Shown here: positions 30,214 through 41,211 of the stretch, piece by piece
Layout: the number at the start of each line of letters is the position of its first letter
Position numbering within the stretch: position 1 is the stretch's first letter
Assembly: GCF_002854065.1 (NCBI RefSeq)
Contig: NZ_CP024151.1
DNA: 64,000 nucleotides
Source of the DNA: Escherichia coli
GTDB taxonomy: Bacteria > Pseudomonadota > Gammaproteobacteria > Enterobacterales > Enterobacteriaceae
Reading direction: 5' to 3' (one strand)
Made by a program: the position numbers and the translations under genes
The notes under the pieces: model-generated
What the model was told of the DNA's origin: nothing
The model's input: the letters and a program-made list of their open reading frames with translations, nothing else
Databases searched by the model: none

Positions 30214-30842
30214 TTTCTGCCCTCCTCTGCCGGAATAAATTCCACCTTCAGGAAGCGATCGCCGGGAACGGCGCTCACCCGTGCCGGGACCTGATCAATG
30301 CCGAGGCGCTGGCAGAGCACACCGTTCTGGTCAAAGTAAACACGGCTGTCCAGAGACTTCTGCATCTCCGGGATACTGCCCTGCACGAGGATAATTTTGC
30401 TCTCCAGTGTGGGCGGCGTCTGGCGTTTCATCCAGGCCACCTGCGCCGGATCATCGCCATTGATGAAATACAGCGTCTGGTTAAAAGGAACATACTGCAG
30501 CGGATTCATCACTTCACCCTGACGGGCAAACACCCGCCCTTCGTTATCCCGGATATCCGCAGCCAGTCTGACGGACGGGTCAAACAACCGGCTACCGTAT
30601 TTCTCCGTGCGTCCGATACCGGGCACGGCAGGGGGCCGCAGACTGTTGCGGATCACCCGCTCCTTAAAGGCATCCATTTTCCGGCCCATCTCACCGGACT
30701 GCTCCAGTGCCGTCAGGCGCTGCATGATCACCGTCAGCATGTCCGGCTCCTTTACCGGCCACAGATCGCCCCAGGTACCAAGATCGGCGGCGGCCACACT
30801 CTGCCCCCATATCAGCAGGGCAATCAGCCCCCGGCATCTCAT
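30210..30842 (-). CDS. traW: TraW pilus assembly protein
   Basis: About 210 aa from MRCRGLIALLIWGQSVAA (signal peptide); start overlaps trbI stop (ATGA). Confidence 0.88.
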   Translation of the reverse strand: MRCRGLIALLIWGQSVAAADLGTWGDLWPVKEPDMLTVIMQRLTALEQSGEMGRKMDAFKERVIRNSLRPPAVPGIGRTEKYGSRLFDPSVRLAADIRDNEGRVFARQGEVMNPLQYVPFNQTLYFINGDDPAQVAWMKRQTPPTLESKIILVQGSIPEMQKSLDSRVYFDQNGVLCQRLGIDQVPARVSAVPGDRFLKVEFIPAEEGRK

Positions 30843-31225
30843 GGTTCCGCCCTCATTCGCCGGGCAATATCCTGCTGGATTTCCCGGGTGATATCCGGAG
30901 CCCCCTGTACCACGGCAGGCGACACCAGAATGACCGCGTGGTGTTTCTGCTGCCACGCCTGCAGGCTGGCTTCCAGTGCCGTGTTAAAACGCGCTGAAAG
31001 GGCTTTTGACTGTGCTTCTGACAGTTGTTTCTGACTGGCGCTGTCAAAAAACGCATCCACGGTCTGTTTCATGTTGAAGGCGGCAGTCACCGGTGCGTTC
31101 AGTCTGACAATGCCGTAACTGATGGCTGCGTTCAGTAACACCATTGCCAGGTATCCCGGCACCGTCCACCACCAGTGGCTGCGTCGAGGGGCTGTAACGT
31201 CAGTCGTTTTTTGCGTTGTGGTCAT
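30839..31225 (-). CDS. trbI: TrbI
   Basis: 128 aa, single TM; located between traC and traW. Confidence 0.85.
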   Translation of the reverse strand: MTTTQKTTDVTAPRRSHWWWTVPGYLAMVLLNAAISYGIVRLNAPVTAAFNMKQTVDAFFDSASQKQLSEAQSKALSARFNTALEASLQAWQQKHHAVILVSPAVVQGAPDITREIQQDIARRMRAEP

Positions 31226-33849
31226 GCAACACTCCTGTATTTCTCATGCTCTTCAAGCCAGGCTTCCAGCGAAGCCATCTCCGGCCCTGATTTCTTCCAC
31301 GCCAGCTGCCACACCGCCTCATGAATACTCAGCCCCTCTTTACGCTTCTGCTGTACAAACTCAAAGTCCGGGCCGTCAGAGCTGTACATGGCACGGCTTA
31401 ACGGGTCCACAAACAGACGGTGCCAGGAGGAATGGTTTTCCACCTGCAGCAGGAAGGAACTGAACCACTGGTCTTTGGCCGCACCAAACTTGCCAATCAT
31501 GTCGCGCTGCAGTGGCAGGAACTGGTCCGGATACAGCTGGTTGTATTTCGCGAACTCCTTCGCACTCTGTTTGAGGATAATTTTGTAGGAGGAGTTACCC
31601 CATGCCGCACGGGCAGCACTGGATGCCTTGTCAGAGTCAAAGTCGACGATGTTCTGTGTGATGGTGATATAGGCACCGGTATGACGGCGGGCGGTACGGT
31701 AACCTTTCTCAATAAACTCACCGACCTTGTGATTTTTGAAGTCCAGCAGACGCCAGCCTTCATCAATAACGTTCAGTTTTTTGAGATTACGCGGCGTGCG
31801 GTACATCCTGTTCTCGATGTAGATAATCAGGGAGAACATCACCGCAACCAGCAGTGACGGACGGTCTTCCAGTCCGCCCAGCTCCAGCACCACCATTTTT
31901 GCGTCATCCCGCAGGGACGGCTCATCAGAGTTAAAATACTGGCCGTAAGTGCCGTTGGCAGTGTACTGGTCAAGCAGCACAATCATTTCGTCCAGACGGC
32001 TGCGGATAGTCGGTGACTCGGCATACTGCTCGCTGTCACTGGCGTTTTTCAGGAAATCCACCACGTCATCAATACGTGCCCTGTTCTCTTTGGTCCGCCA
32101 TGATGCCCTGACGGCCTGCAGCAGCAGACCTTCATGCACTTCATCCAGGTTACCGTTGGGGCTGGCCATCACCGACAGCTGGTCGCGGACACGCTCCGCT
32201 GACTGGTCAATATCGGTGATGTTCGCAAACGGGTTAAAGCGCAGGGTTTCACCGTCCAGATATACGCCCCCCATGTTCTCACACAGGGACTTGTAGCCAT
32301 CCCCCATGTCGAACACCACGGCAAAGCCCCCGGAGTCCAGCACGCTGCGGATAAGTGGCTGTATCAGCCCGGTTTTACCGGCCCCGGAGGTGCCACAGAC
32401 CGCCATGTTGTAGTTGGTGTTATTCATCCCCCGGAAGAAAATATCGATAAACGCCAGCTGGTTACGGTAGGTGGGTGCCAGCAGACCTGCCGGTGTCAGG
32501 GGGTTATCCGCCACTAACGGCATCAGGTTGGCCACATTAAAGCTCTCTGCGCGCTGTACCACTCCGGCCTCTTTCAGCTGTTTAAACAACCCTTTCCCGG
32601 CCATAAAGGGCAGACAGGTCAGGAAATTGCGCATGTGGTTAAAGCGCGGTGAAATCAGCTCAAAACCGTTTTTACGGAAGCTGTTCAGGATGTCCTGCTC
32701 CACTTCCAGCGCCGTTTCATTATTGTCCTTGCAGAAGGCTGTGATGTTGAGGAAGTAGGACACCACGGAGGACTGACCGGAGCCCAGCCGCTGACGCAGT
32801 TCCCCCCACTCCTTCGCCTCTTTCTCCACGGACGGAAACCATTTGGCATAGGAGGTCTTCGACTTTTTCTCCAGGTCCATGTACTTCAGGTTGGCTTCGC
32901 TGTGGGTTTTCACCTGGTCTTCCACCACCAGAGTCAGCGTCAGGATGAACGGACAGGAGATGGACAGTTCCGGGTTCAGCAGGTTGCTGTAGTTGTCAGC
33001 CATGTTCCACAGGAAGGCGATTTCCGGGTTACGGGCCAGATGGAAATTCAGGATGCGGGCCGTGCTGTTCCTGCCGTTCTCACGCAGGCCCAGCGTCAGG
33101 TAATCAGCCCGGACTTTCAGATCAAAACTGTCCTCCACACACTGATAATTCAGATCAGAATACGGGTCCAGCTGACGTCTTTTCGGGTACAGGGAGTCCG
33201 GGTTATGGTTAATCATCTCCCCGACAATATCGATAAAGGCCTGTGCATCCACCGTCTGTGTGGTGATACTGGCCCCCTGTAACGACGCCCGGATGATTTT
33301 CACCAGGTTTTCCATTTCCAGAATGTCGGCCCGGCTTTTTTTCTTCGAAGGAGAACAGTACGAGATAAACACCCGGTAATGGCGCAGGGTCAGGGGCAGA
33401 TTCATCCCCTCCGGCAGCGGAAACTGTGTCGCTGCCGCTTTCATATAATAGGCCCGGGTAATGGCGTTAAACCGTTCAGCCTGTTCACCTGACCAGGAGA
33501 ACTCACGCAGCCCGTATTCAATCCTGTCACCAACCAGCTGACTGGACATCAGATGGATACACAACGGAATACCGCGCGGCAGTTTGGTGCGCAGCATGTG
33601 ATCGAGGGCCTCCACAATGGACTCATTCGCCCCATTGATGGGGATGGCTTCCAGCATAAAGCCCATCGTGGTGTCATTCATGAACAGACCGGATTCCTGG
33701 TTGTAATCACGGTACGGCAGCAGACGGCTGAACTGCGGGAAGCTCATTTCGCCCAGAACTTCATTGGCCTTTGCGGATTCGTCAGGCAGTTTCAGTGCTG
33801 TGACGAGGGAGTTAACCGCCTGAGTGACGGCCTCAAGTGGGTTATTCAC
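31222..33849 (-). CDS. traC: TraC (VirB4-family ATPase)
   Basis: 875 aa; Walker A GTSGAGKT; F-like TraC. Confidence 0.95.
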   Translation of the reverse strand: MNNPLEAVTQAVNSLVTALKLPDESAKANEVLGEMSFPQFSRLLPYRDYNQESGLFMNDTTMGFMLEAIPINGANESIVEALDHMLRTKLPRGIPLCIHLMSSQLVGDRIEYGLREFSWSGEQAERFNAITRAYYMKAAATQFPLPEGMNLPLTLRHYRVFISYCSPSKKKSRADILEMENLVKIIRASLQGASITTQTVDAQAFIDIVGEMINHNPDSLYPKRRQLDPYSDLNYQCVEDSFDLKVRADYLTLGLRENGRNSTARILNFHLARNPEIAFLWNMADNYSNLLNPELSISCPFILTLTLVVEDQVKTHSEANLKYMDLEKKSKTSYAKWFPSVEKEAKEWGELRQRLGSGQSSVVSYFLNITAFCKDNNETALEVEQDILNSFRKNGFELISPRFNHMRNFLTCLPFMAGKGLFKQLKEAGVVQRAESFNVANLMPLVADNPLTPAGLLAPTYRNQLAFIDIFFRGMNNTNYNMAVCGTSGAGKTGLIQPLIRSVLDSGGFAVVFDMGDGYKSLCENMGGVYLDGETLRFNPFANITDIDQSAERVRDQLSVMASPNGNLDEVHEGLLLQAVRASWRTKENRARIDDVVDFLKNASDSEQYAESPTIRSRLDEMIVLLDQYTANGTYGQYFNSDEPSLRDDAKMVVLELGGLEDRPSLLVAVMFSLIIYIENRMYRTPRNLKKLNVIDEGWRLLDFKNHKVGEFIEKGYRTARRHTGAYITITQNIVDFDSDKASSAARAAWGNSSYKIILKQSAKEFAKYNQLYPDQFLPLQRDMIGKFGAAKDQWFSSFLLQVENHSSWHRLFVDPLSRAMYSSDGPDFEFVQQKRKEGLSIHEAVWQLAWKKSGPEMASLEAWLEEHEKYRSVA

Positions 33850-34007
33850 ATGAATTCCTTAGTTGAAAATAAAGCGAGAAATGCGGTAGCCATGAAGGGA
33901 ATACCTGTAATTAACGCGCCATTTCCCGGCGCATATACAAAGATTTCTGTTTTCTGAATATCCACTCATGTTCATCCGGAATTAAATCACTATGTTCTGC
34001 GACTGAC

Positions 34008-34229
34008 TTATGCATAATGTTTTCTCTGTCTTTCCTGATACGCCTGACATTCAACGCACAACGTCACACCGGGAAATATTTTCCGCCGGGCTTCCGGAAT
34101 AGGATTTCCGCATGCTTCACAGAGATAAACAGGAATACCATGAGCATTTATTTTCTGGCGTATCCGGTTTATTCCTGTCATGGTCAGTTGTTCTGTCACT
34201 GAATATGCTTCATCGGCTTCATCACTCAC
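34008..34229 (-). CDS. traR: TraR (DksA/TraR-family zinc-finger protein)
   Basis: 73 aa with C-x2-C-x17-C-x2-C (CEACGNPIPEARRKIFPGVTLCVECQ). Confidence 0.88.
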   Translation of the reverse strand: MSDEADEAYSVTEQLTMTGINRIRQKINAHGIPVYLCEACGNPIPEARRKIFPGVTLCVECQAYQERQRKHYA

Positions 34230-34363
34230 GGAATATTCCTCCCGACATGTTCTGACACGCTACCGCCCATCCCTTTTCACGCACAGGGCACTCGTTTTAC
34301 AGGCAGATTTTGAATACAGAAAGCCCGCCGGCATTGCCGGCTGATATACAACTTCAGGGCCAG

Positions 34364-34879
34364 TTAATTAATACGTGGTTTTCCCCACGCAGACGGTTTA
34401 ATAACAAAAAACACGCTGGATGGCTGATGATAAACATCCTGGTTATCAATATAAGGCGCTATCCATAATGCTGCCGTCTGCTCACCCGTTCTTAGCGGAC
34501 GAGGAGGTGTTACCGGCGTAACTGAACTGACCGGAACAACCGTTTTCACTTCCCGGGCAGCGGTAAACAGCGGGCGAGGTGCCAGCAGTTTCTGCTCCGG
34601 ATGTGCTGTCACCGCAGGTCTGCTGCCGGACGGAGTGGTCGCGGTGACGGTCTGCACCGGCATTGTCCGGAAGTTCCCTTCAGCCAGGCGCGGCAGTGAT
34701 GCCGCAACCGGCTTTGCTTCTGAGGACTGCTCCAGTTTTTTGGCCTTCTCATTGGCCTGCTCCATCGTCATACAGGTATCTGATGTGGTGGCGTTACACT
34801 CAAATTCCGTATTAGTTCCGGCACAGCCAGAAAGTAATAACGTCCCCAGCAGAGGAATAAATAAAGAAATCTTTTTCAT
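34364..34879 (-). CDS. traV: TraV outer-membrane lipoprotein (secretin-like core component)
   Basis: 171 aa; lipobox LLLSGC; Pro/Thr-rich middle region. Confidence 0.9.
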   Translation of the reverse strand: MKKISLFIPLLGTLLLSGCAGTNTEFECNATTSDTCMTMEQANEKAKKLEQSSEAKPVAASLPRLAEGNFRTMPVQTVTATTPSGSRPAVTAHPEQKLLAPRPLFTAAREVKTVVPVSSVTPVTPPRPLRTGEQTAALWIAPYIDNQDVYHQPSSVFFVIKPSAWGKPRIN

Positions 34880-35196
34880 TACCCTTCTCCTTTTTTATTA
34901 TTCTCCACAACAGCAGAAATTAACTCTGCTGTCAGATTTGTTTTCCCTGCACAGGGTTGTCCGAAGACTACTGTATTTCCCGGAGAAGAAAATAAGCTCA
35001 TCGACATACCCTTCTTCATCACACCGACAGCTGCCATATTAAAATTGTGCGGCAATGATTCAGAACCGAATTCCTTCAGTGCAGGAAGTACGATTCTTGT
35101 GGTGCAGTTACTGAGAACAGCATTCATAAAATCATCTGATACGCTTTTATCCGGTACAGAGCGTGCAGTAATAATATTAATATTACGCATGTTCAT
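34879..35196 (-). CDS. trbG: TrbG-like small protein (trbD/trbG region)
   Basis: ORF between traP and traV; product MNMRNINIITARSVPDK...; boundaries and identity uncertain (by synteny only). Confidence 0.4.
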   Translation of the reverse strand: MNMRNINIITARSVPDKSVSDDFMNAVLSNCTTRIVLPALKEFGSESLPHNFNMAAVGVMKKGMSMSLFSSPGNTVVFGQPCAGKTNLTAELISAVVENNKKGEG

Positions 35197-35770
35197 TTTT
35201 ATCTCCGTTGCTTCTGTTTGTTCGGTCATCAGGGAAATAAACATGGCATTTCCTGATTTTTTCCGGCAGGGAAGCATCTTCCGTAAGAACTTCCTTCAGA
35301 TGTTCATCTGCAGTTGCGACCCGGACACATTTCATTTTTCCGGGTCGCATCGGATATTTTCCGGAGATCACCGCCAGCGAGACATACATCAGTGCCAGCG
35401 TTGCCCATAATGCGGTGAACAGTTGCATCAGAAACTGGTCAGTCTCCCTGGCATATTCTGCAGCATCCCCCCGGCGAAAACCGCACGTTACAGACGGAGG
35501 CATCGCTAAATCGGAACCAAAACTGTTCGAGCAGTATCGGACTGGATACAGCCCGGCTGGCGTTCTGCCCCTTACAAACTCGATCTCCTGAACCAGCAAT
35601 TTCCCCGGTGTGGTGTTGTCCTTCCATAAAACCAGTAACGCCAGCAGAGCCATTGTGGCCAGCGGCAGAATGACGGCGTATTTCAGACACCAGAACAACC
35701 AACACAGGCCCTGGGCAACAACATACCGGGTGGCATGGCATATCTGACGGAGTGACATATTATTTGCCAT
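35183..35770 (-). CDS. traP: TraP
   Basis: 195 aa membrane protein downstream of traB; F-like TraP by synteny and sequence. Confidence 0.8.
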   Translation of the reverse strand: MANNMSLRQICHATRYVVAQGLCWLFWCLKYAVILPLATMALLALLVLWKDNTTPGKLLVQEIEFVRGRTPAGLYPVRYCSNSFGSDLAMPPSVTCGFRRGDAAEYARETDQFLMQLFTALWATLALMYVSLAVISGKYPMRPGKMKCVRVATADEHLKEVLTEDASLPEKIRKCHVYFPDDRTNRSNGDKNEHA

Positions 35771-37187
35771 CGTTGCCCCCTCCCTGGCTGCCGGACATAA
35801 ACTGCTGCGGATTCAGGTTGCCCAGCTGCTTCAGCATCTGGTCAGTATTAAAGCCGTTAAGATGACTTTCAGCCGATGGCGGAACAGAAACCGGACTTTC
35901 CGGATTGTCTTCTTCCGCTCTGCTCTGCGTGCGTTCCAGCGCCATCTCTTCCACGGTTTTCAGCTGGAAGCCGTCCTGGAACACCACGGTCACTTCGTTG
36001 CCCGCACCAATCGGTATCACCGGGTGATACTGTTCGGCACGTTTGATGTAGTAGTCACTGAGCGTCTGTGCGGCTTTCGATGCGCCGCCACCGATACCCA
36101 TTTTAAGGACATCGCCGGCCCCGTAAGCAGCGGTGGCACCCAGCCCGACAGCCGGCTGGGAGGCGCGCTCCATTCCCTGACCGATACCGTCAACAAATCC
36201 CGCGCCCCATGCCCAGCCGAGGATTTTGCCGTTACGCATCACCACTTCGCCCTTGATACCGTTTTTACCCCGGAAGCTGACATGCCCCTTAATCGGCATA
36301 TCAATGGTTTTGCCGTCCTTCAGGCAGCTGATATTGCGGGTGCGTACAATGGCACGCTCACTGGAGACATCCCCCCAGGCTTCCAGCCCCACAAAACATC
36401 CCGTTGCGTCATACGTTTTGCTGTTCGGCATTTCCACCAGGCCGGTGATACGCAGCTGCATCGGCACCGTGGATTCATTACCGGTGACCGACGCATTGGC
36501 ATCCGCCCCTTCAATCAGCATGGCTTTCGCAAAACTTCCTGACGGAATGTACGGCAGTGATGGTCCCTGTTTTCCCTCATTACGGGTAAACACCTTACGC
36601 TGTATCCGGTTAGGCACCGGCACAGACTGGTACGTCACCTGTGGTGGTGGCGTGACACCATTCCCGGGATAAAACGCCGTCGGCGGTGGAACAGCAACGC
36701 TGCCCTGCGGCGGGAAGGATACGGGGGTGTTTCCTGGCTGTGGTTCGCCTTCCGGGCCGGGCGGTGAGGCAGGCATCTGCGGTACAGGCTCACCGGTCGC
36801 CGTGACGGGATTAGCACCCAGGGCTTTCACCTGCTCTGCCAGGGCGGCATTATCCTGTCCCAGCTTTTCAATACGACGCTGGTCATCACCGCGCTGTTTG
36901 TTCAGGACATCCAGCTCGCGACGGATTTCCTCATACTGCTTCTGCATCTGCGCTGCCGTCACCTGCATCTCTGTGGTGGCATGCTGACGCACCTTGTCAT
37001 CAAAGGTCGTATCCACCACACCGGTCATATCCGGCACGGGTTCCTGTTCAGCCACGGCCTCACCGTTACCGGACATGTCCACATCAGACAGATACAGTGC
37101 ACCACCAATCGCGGAGGCTGCACCGACAACCACAATCCCCAGCCACAGGTACTGCTTGCGTTTCACAATGGTATTGATACTGGCCAT
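35760..37187 (-). CDS. traB: TraB (VirB10-like)
   Basis: 475 aa; N-terminal TM, Pro-rich linker (PQMPASPPGPEGEPQPG), conserved C-terminal beta-barrel region. Confidence 0.93.
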   Translation of the reverse strand: MASINTIVKRKQYLWLGIVVVGAASAIGGALYLSDVDMSGNGEAVAEQEPVPDMTGVVDTTFDDKVRQHATTEMQVTAAQMQKQYEEIRRELDVLNKQRGDDQRRIEKLGQDNAALAEQVKALGANPVTATGEPVPQMPASPPGPEGEPQPGNTPVSFPPQGSVAVPPPTAFYPGNGVTPPPQVTYQSVPVPNRIQRKVFTRNEGKQGPSLPYIPSGSFAKAMLIEGADANASVTGNESTVPMQLRITGLVEMPNSKTYDATGCFVGLEAWGDVSSERAIVRTRNISCLKDGKTIDMPIKGHVSFRGKNGIKGEVVMRNGKILGWAWGAGFVDGIGQGMERASQPAVGLGATAAYGAGDVLKMGIGGGASKAAQTLSDYYIKRAEQYHPVIPIGAGNEVTVVFQDGFQLKTVEEMALERTQSRAEEDNPESPVSVPPSAESHLNGFNTDQMLKQLGNLNPQQFMSGSQGGGNDGK

Positions 37188-37915
37188 CAGTTGCCCTCCC
37201 CGTCACGGATGACATACACATCCATGCGCGCACCTGCCAGTAACTGGCTGGCAGGCTGGCTGAACATCACGGCACGGGTTCCCGGCTGCCAGAAATCACT
37301 TTCCCGGATATTCAGGGCAGACAGCGTTTTATTTTCCACGGCAAAGCGGACCATCTTCAGGTGATTCCCCGTCCATACGGCATCTGCCACTGAAGACAGC
37401 CCCGCCGGGGCCTGCAGGGTTTCCTTTGTCACCGGGACCTGATACCAGCCTGCGGGTAATTTTCCGCCACGGACGGCCTGGCTGATGGTCACAAGCAGGG
37501 ATTCGTAAGGCGTGGACGTTTCCCACGCACCGGCTTCTTCTCCGGTTCCGCGCAGGTCACTGACCAGCTGAATGGTACGCCCCGCGCCTTCACGGGGAAC
37601 GGCCTGAATGGAAAGATTCAGACCACGTTCTGTTTCCAGAATGAACGTAAAGGGCTTTTTGTTGACGGTGGCCACCACCACACCGCCGGAGGCGGTCTGC
37701 TCATTATTGGTCAGGGCACCATCCAGACTGTTCACGGCGATAATCCGGTCACCGGGAACGGTAAACAGATTCGGGCTGGTATTGCTGATGGCAATACTGG
37801 CCTGACCACCGTTCACCATTGGCACCACGGTGGGGGCCAGCGTACCGTTTGCGGCCATCACGCTGCAGGAAAAAAACAGGCTGCCGAATATTATTGCCGT
37901 ATTATTTTTTCTCAT
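37187..37915 (-). CDS. traK: TraK (VirB9-like)
   Basis: 242 aa with signal peptide; position between traE and traB. Confidence 0.9.
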   Translation of the reverse strand: MRKNNTAIIFGSLFFSCSVMAANGTLAPTVVPMVNGGQASIAISNTSPNLFTVPGDRIIAVNSLDGALTNNEQTASGGVVVATVNKKPFTFILETERGLNLSIQAVPREGAGRTIQLVSDLRGTGEEAGAWETSTPYESLLVTISQAVRGGKLPAGWYQVPVTKETLQAPAGLSSVADAVWTGNHLKMVRFAVENKTLSALNIRESDFWQPGTRAVMFSQPASQLLAGARMDVYVIRDGEGN

Positions 37916-38468
37916 CGTCTGTTTCCCCGAAATTATCCAGCCAGGTCACCCCGTTTTCCCGCTTCAGAATAAGGATGTAATGTTTGATATCAGTGAAAGG
38001 TTTTGAATCACCAATCCAGGTTTTAAGCACACCACGAATTTCCACACGGCCATACTGAGGCCAGACACGAACACTGGTCTGGAAAAAGGCTGAGTTCACG
38101 TTATCGTTTTTAATACGCTTCGCTTCTTCAGCCAGAATAACTTTCATCTGGTTCTGTGCGCCCGGGCGGATATATTGCAGAAGCGCCTGATGTGAGGCAT
38201 CGACGGTTTCTGATGAAACATTCAGACGGAGGGCAATAAATGACAGCGCCATCTGCTGTAAATAAGAGGCGTCGGCACTGTTCTGTGACACGGCAAAGGG
38301 AGCATTAAATGCCATTGGCGTCACGGCAGTGCGTTGCTCATTCTGAAGACGGTAGTTATTCACTCCCTGAATGACGTTAACAGAGAGGCTGAGAACAATA
38401 AGCACTGACATAAATATAAAGGCGATGGCCATTACACGACTGGTACTTAAACGGGCACCGTGTTCCAT
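37902..38468 (-). CDS. traE: TraE (VirB5/VirB8-like pilus assembly protein)
   Basis: 188 aa, N-terminal TM anchor; F-like TraE. Confidence 0.9.
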   Translation of the reverse strand: MEHGARLSTSRVMAIAFIFMSVLIVLSLSVNVIQGVNNYRLQNEQRTAVTPMAFNAPFAVSQNSADASYLQQMALSFIALRLNVSSETVDASHQALLQYIRPGAQNQMKVILAEEAKRIKNDNVNSAFFQTSVRVWPQYGRVEIRGVLKTWIGDSKPFTDIKHYILILKRENGVTWLDNFGETDDEKK

Positions 38469-38489
38469 ATAACAATCCTGGTATCAGTT

Positions 38490-38801
38490 CTATTTAATCC
38501 ACTGCCGGAAACACGAATCGGGAACATTATGAAAAATACCGCGCAGCAGGGCTGTTGGCATATACCAGTAAATCAGGTCTCGTAACCAGGAACTGCCCCG
38601 CCCTTTTTTCAGTTTTTTAATCCCGAAATAAACCAGAACCGCTGCACCAATACCGAACAGATATTTCGATGTTGTGATACCCCAGCCAATACAGATTGCT
38701 GCGGGGATCAGTTCATCCAGTGGCAGGCCAAACCAGCGGCTCTGGTTGGTCAGTGTTTCCGGGAAACGATATTTCTTAAGTTTATTCTCGTCTCCCGACA
38801 T
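38490..38801 (-). CDS. traL: TraL (VirB3-like)
   Basis: 103-aa [33 protein letters not shown]...; matches F TraL family. Confidence 0.85.
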
Positions 38802-38815
38802 CGTTTTATTTCCTG

Positions 38816-39181
38816 TCAGAGGCCAACGACGGCCATACCCACAGCAATAAATACAGAGATGATGGCGAAACCGGCCAGGAACTTGACGTTTTTGGTCATC
38901 ATGTACATGACCGCACCGACCAGAACTTCAGCCAGAACAACCCATTTAACAATACTGGAGTCCTTACCGAAGGTCGCCTTAACCGTGTTGTTACCACTTG
39001 CCATCAGGTCCTGACCACTGCTGCTAGCGGCCATCGCCAGTTGCGGGAAGAACATCATCAGAACAGCAGCCGGGATCACAGCGCGAGCCAGGCGAAGCAT
39101 ATTCAGACGAGTGAATTTGGAAAAAAACGACTTCTTTTTGACGGGCGCAGAAGCACCCTGAACACTTAAAACGGCGTCCAT
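38816..39181 (-). CDS. traA: TraA propilin (F-pilin precursor)
   Basis: 121 aa; ...[94 protein letters not shown], near-identical to F/R100 pilin with leader peptide. Confidence 0.95.
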
Positions 39182-39214
39182 ATGATTCCTCTGTTTAATA
39201 TTGATAGATAAAAA

Positions 39215-39442
39215 CTAAAGTTCTTTAAATGTTGACTCGCTCTCTTCGGTCACCTCCCTGAATATTTCTTCGTTATAGAAATCAGGAAATCGTTTCAGAT
39301 GATCTCTGAGACGGATCTGGACTTCTATCGTTTTACTTCTTCCACTACGATCTTTGGCCTTAATAAGTCGGTTATTTGTATCTTCATCGAGATACACCGA
39401 GACTGTTCTGCTTATACCGCCTCTCGCGTTACGCCTCCTCAC
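39215..39442 (-). CDS. traY: TraY (RHH oriT-binding relaxosome accessory protein)
   Basis: 75 aa basic protein between traA and traJ; R100-type short TraY. Confidence 0.85.
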   Translation of the reverse strand: MRRRNARGGISRTVSVYLDEDTNNRLIKAKDRSGRSKTIEVQIRLRDHLKRFPDFYNEEIFREVTEESESTFKEL

Positions 39443-39536
39443 TCAATTCACCTCTGTTTCCCGACTAATAAAATTATGATTGCACAGAAACCGACGAAAA
39501 AAAAACACGCCAAAATTGGCGTGCCTTATTTAACAT

Positions 39537-40223
39537 TTACTTAACGCTATAAAATTCACGAATTATATTTAATAGCAAATCTATTTTCCCTTTATAGATA
39601 CATGACACTCTGAATAAATCAAAGTGTTCAAAAAATTCTTTTATTTTCCGTTTAACTGGTTTAATTCGATCCTCAGATGCTCTGTCTGTAATACCCAATT
39701 CTCTGGCAATTGTTGCATGACCAACACCCAGCATATAAAAAGAGAAAACAAGCAATGTCCCGGGGGAAAGATCATTCCATATCGTTAATTTATCAGAAGT
39801 ATTTGTATTACTTCCACTCTGACTTAACGCAAAAAATGGATAATCAGGAAACGGATTAATTTGCCATAAAACAACAGATTCGTCATTATAAAAAGAAACA
39901 TTCTCCATCCTTATCTGATAGATTTCGCCATGAAAATTAAAACGACGACAAAATGCAGAGCCATGTCCAAGAGCCTGGCATTCCAATTCAAGTGATGAAA
40001 GAAAAATTTCAACCTGCAGACGTATATAACTCTCTCCGGATAAGGGTTTATCTTCTCTGGAAAAGAGTTCAATAAAAGCCCCATTGGCATAAAGGATTTT
40101 CCGGTTTTTGTTACGGACACAAACCGGAACGGGAGAATTTCTGTAGATATTCTGAACGTTAAGGATGTACTTATTTACAGATTGACTGTTAAGTGGCCTT
40201 TCTCTACGATCCAGCGCACACAT
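39537..40223 (-). CDS. traJ: TraJ transfer operon activator
   Basis: 228 aa from [14 protein letters not shown]...; C-terminal HTH; start at 40223 preceded by GGAGG and embedded in the FinP-complementary leader. Confidence 0.85.
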   Translation of the reverse strand: MCALDRRERPLNSQSVNKYILNVQNIYRNSPVPVCVRNKNRKILYANGAFIELFSREDKPLSGESYIRLQVEIFLSSLELECQALGHGSAFCRRFNFHGEIYQIRMENVSFYNDESVVLWQINPFPDYPFFALSQSGSNTNTSDKLTIWNDLSPGTLLVFSFYMLGVGHATIARELGITDRASEDRIKPVKRKIKEFFEHFDLFRVSCIYKGKIDLLLNIIREFYSVK

Positions 40224-40296
40224 AGGAACCTCCGTTAAGGATTCTATGGACAGTCGATGCAGGGAGTTCAGACCTCCCTGCATCGGCGATTTTCAG
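40217..40296 (+). ncRNA. finP: FinP antisense RNA (complementary to traJ 5' UTR/start)
   Basis: Two stem-loops on the plus strand opposite the traJ RBS/start: CATAGGAACCTCCGTTAAGGATTCTATG and GATGCAGGGAGTTCAGACCTCCCTGCATC followed by GGCGATTTT (intrinsic terminator). Ends approximate. Confidence 0.6.
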
Positions 40297-40413
40297 TTTC
40301 AATTTTTAACGTGGCATTAACCACGTAATTAATATACTAATTATCTGACGTATTGTCATCTTTTTGAATCATAAAAATTCTTATATTTGAACCAACTCAA
40401 ACTTCATTTTCAT

Positions 40414-40797
40414 TTATTCATCATCATTTTTTGGAAAAAACCGGTCCATCTCAACAGACACTTTCTCTCTGATATCGTCAACCATACTGGCATATTCAAA
40501 CTTCGGGTTTCCGGAGACATGAGGACTGAGAGACTCAATACCTAAAATCTTTGCCACCGTTGACTGTGTTTTTACAACACATTCAAGAAGAAGTTTATTA
40601 AACTCTGTCTGGTTAAACGCAGACTCTTTACGCTCCATCTGTGCATCATATACGCGAAGCCCCAATTCAAGAAGCATTGAAGCAGTTCCTGAAAGGCTTA
40701 TATCTTTATCTCTTGCTCCCTCCTGACGACGCTTTTCAACAATCATGTTAATTTTTTCATGAACCTCATTACTGATATACAGATTTACTCTGGCCAT
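40414..40797 (-). CDS. traM: TraM relaxosome accessory protein
   Basis: 127 aa, MARVNLYISNEVHEKINMIVEKRRQEGARDKDISLSGTASMLLELGLRVY...; first gene distal to oriT. Confidence 0.92.
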   Translation of the reverse strand: MARVNLYISNEVHEKINMIVEKRRQEGARDKDISLSGTASMLLELGLRVYDAQMERKESAFNQTEFNKLLLECVVKTQSTVAKILGIESLSPHVSGNPKFEYASMVDDIREKVSVEMDRFFPKNDDE

Positions 40798-40829
40798 AAG
40801 ACAGTACCTTTTATATTCTGAAACAAGTG

Positions 40830-41200
40830 TTTTATTTCATTTACTAATAGTTTGGTCTGAAAAAAGAAGAGCACCCCTAGCAGCGCCCCTAGGGGCATAC
40901 TATAAAAAAACGCACGGCGCTGCTAGGGGCGGCCCTAATATATCCAAATGTTTTTCATAAAATTTGTCAGTACTGACCCTAACAAGGGTCGCCATAGGGT
41001 CGCCATAGGGTCGTCAACGCCCCTATTTAATAATGTAAAATAAATTAAAATACATTATTTAAAACATAAGCTAATGATTCAAAAAGCAAATCAGCAAAAA
41101 CTTGTTTTTGCGTGGGGTGTGGTGCTTTTGGTGGTGAGAACCACCAACCTGTTGAGCCTTTTTGTGGAGTGGGTTAAATTATTTACGGATAAAGTCACCA
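40830..41200 (+). other. oriT: oriT (origin of transfer); nic predicted between 41120 and 41121 on the plus strand
   Basis: F-type nick-region sequence TTTGCGTGGGGTGT|GGTGCTTTTGGTGGTGAGAACCACCAAC on the plus strand; upstream direct repeats GGGTCGCCATAGGGTCGCCATAGGGTCG and inverted repeats GCACCCCTAGCAGCGCCCCTAGGGGC (TraM/TraY-site-like). Confidence 0.8.
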
Positions 41201-41211
41201 GAGGTGGGAAA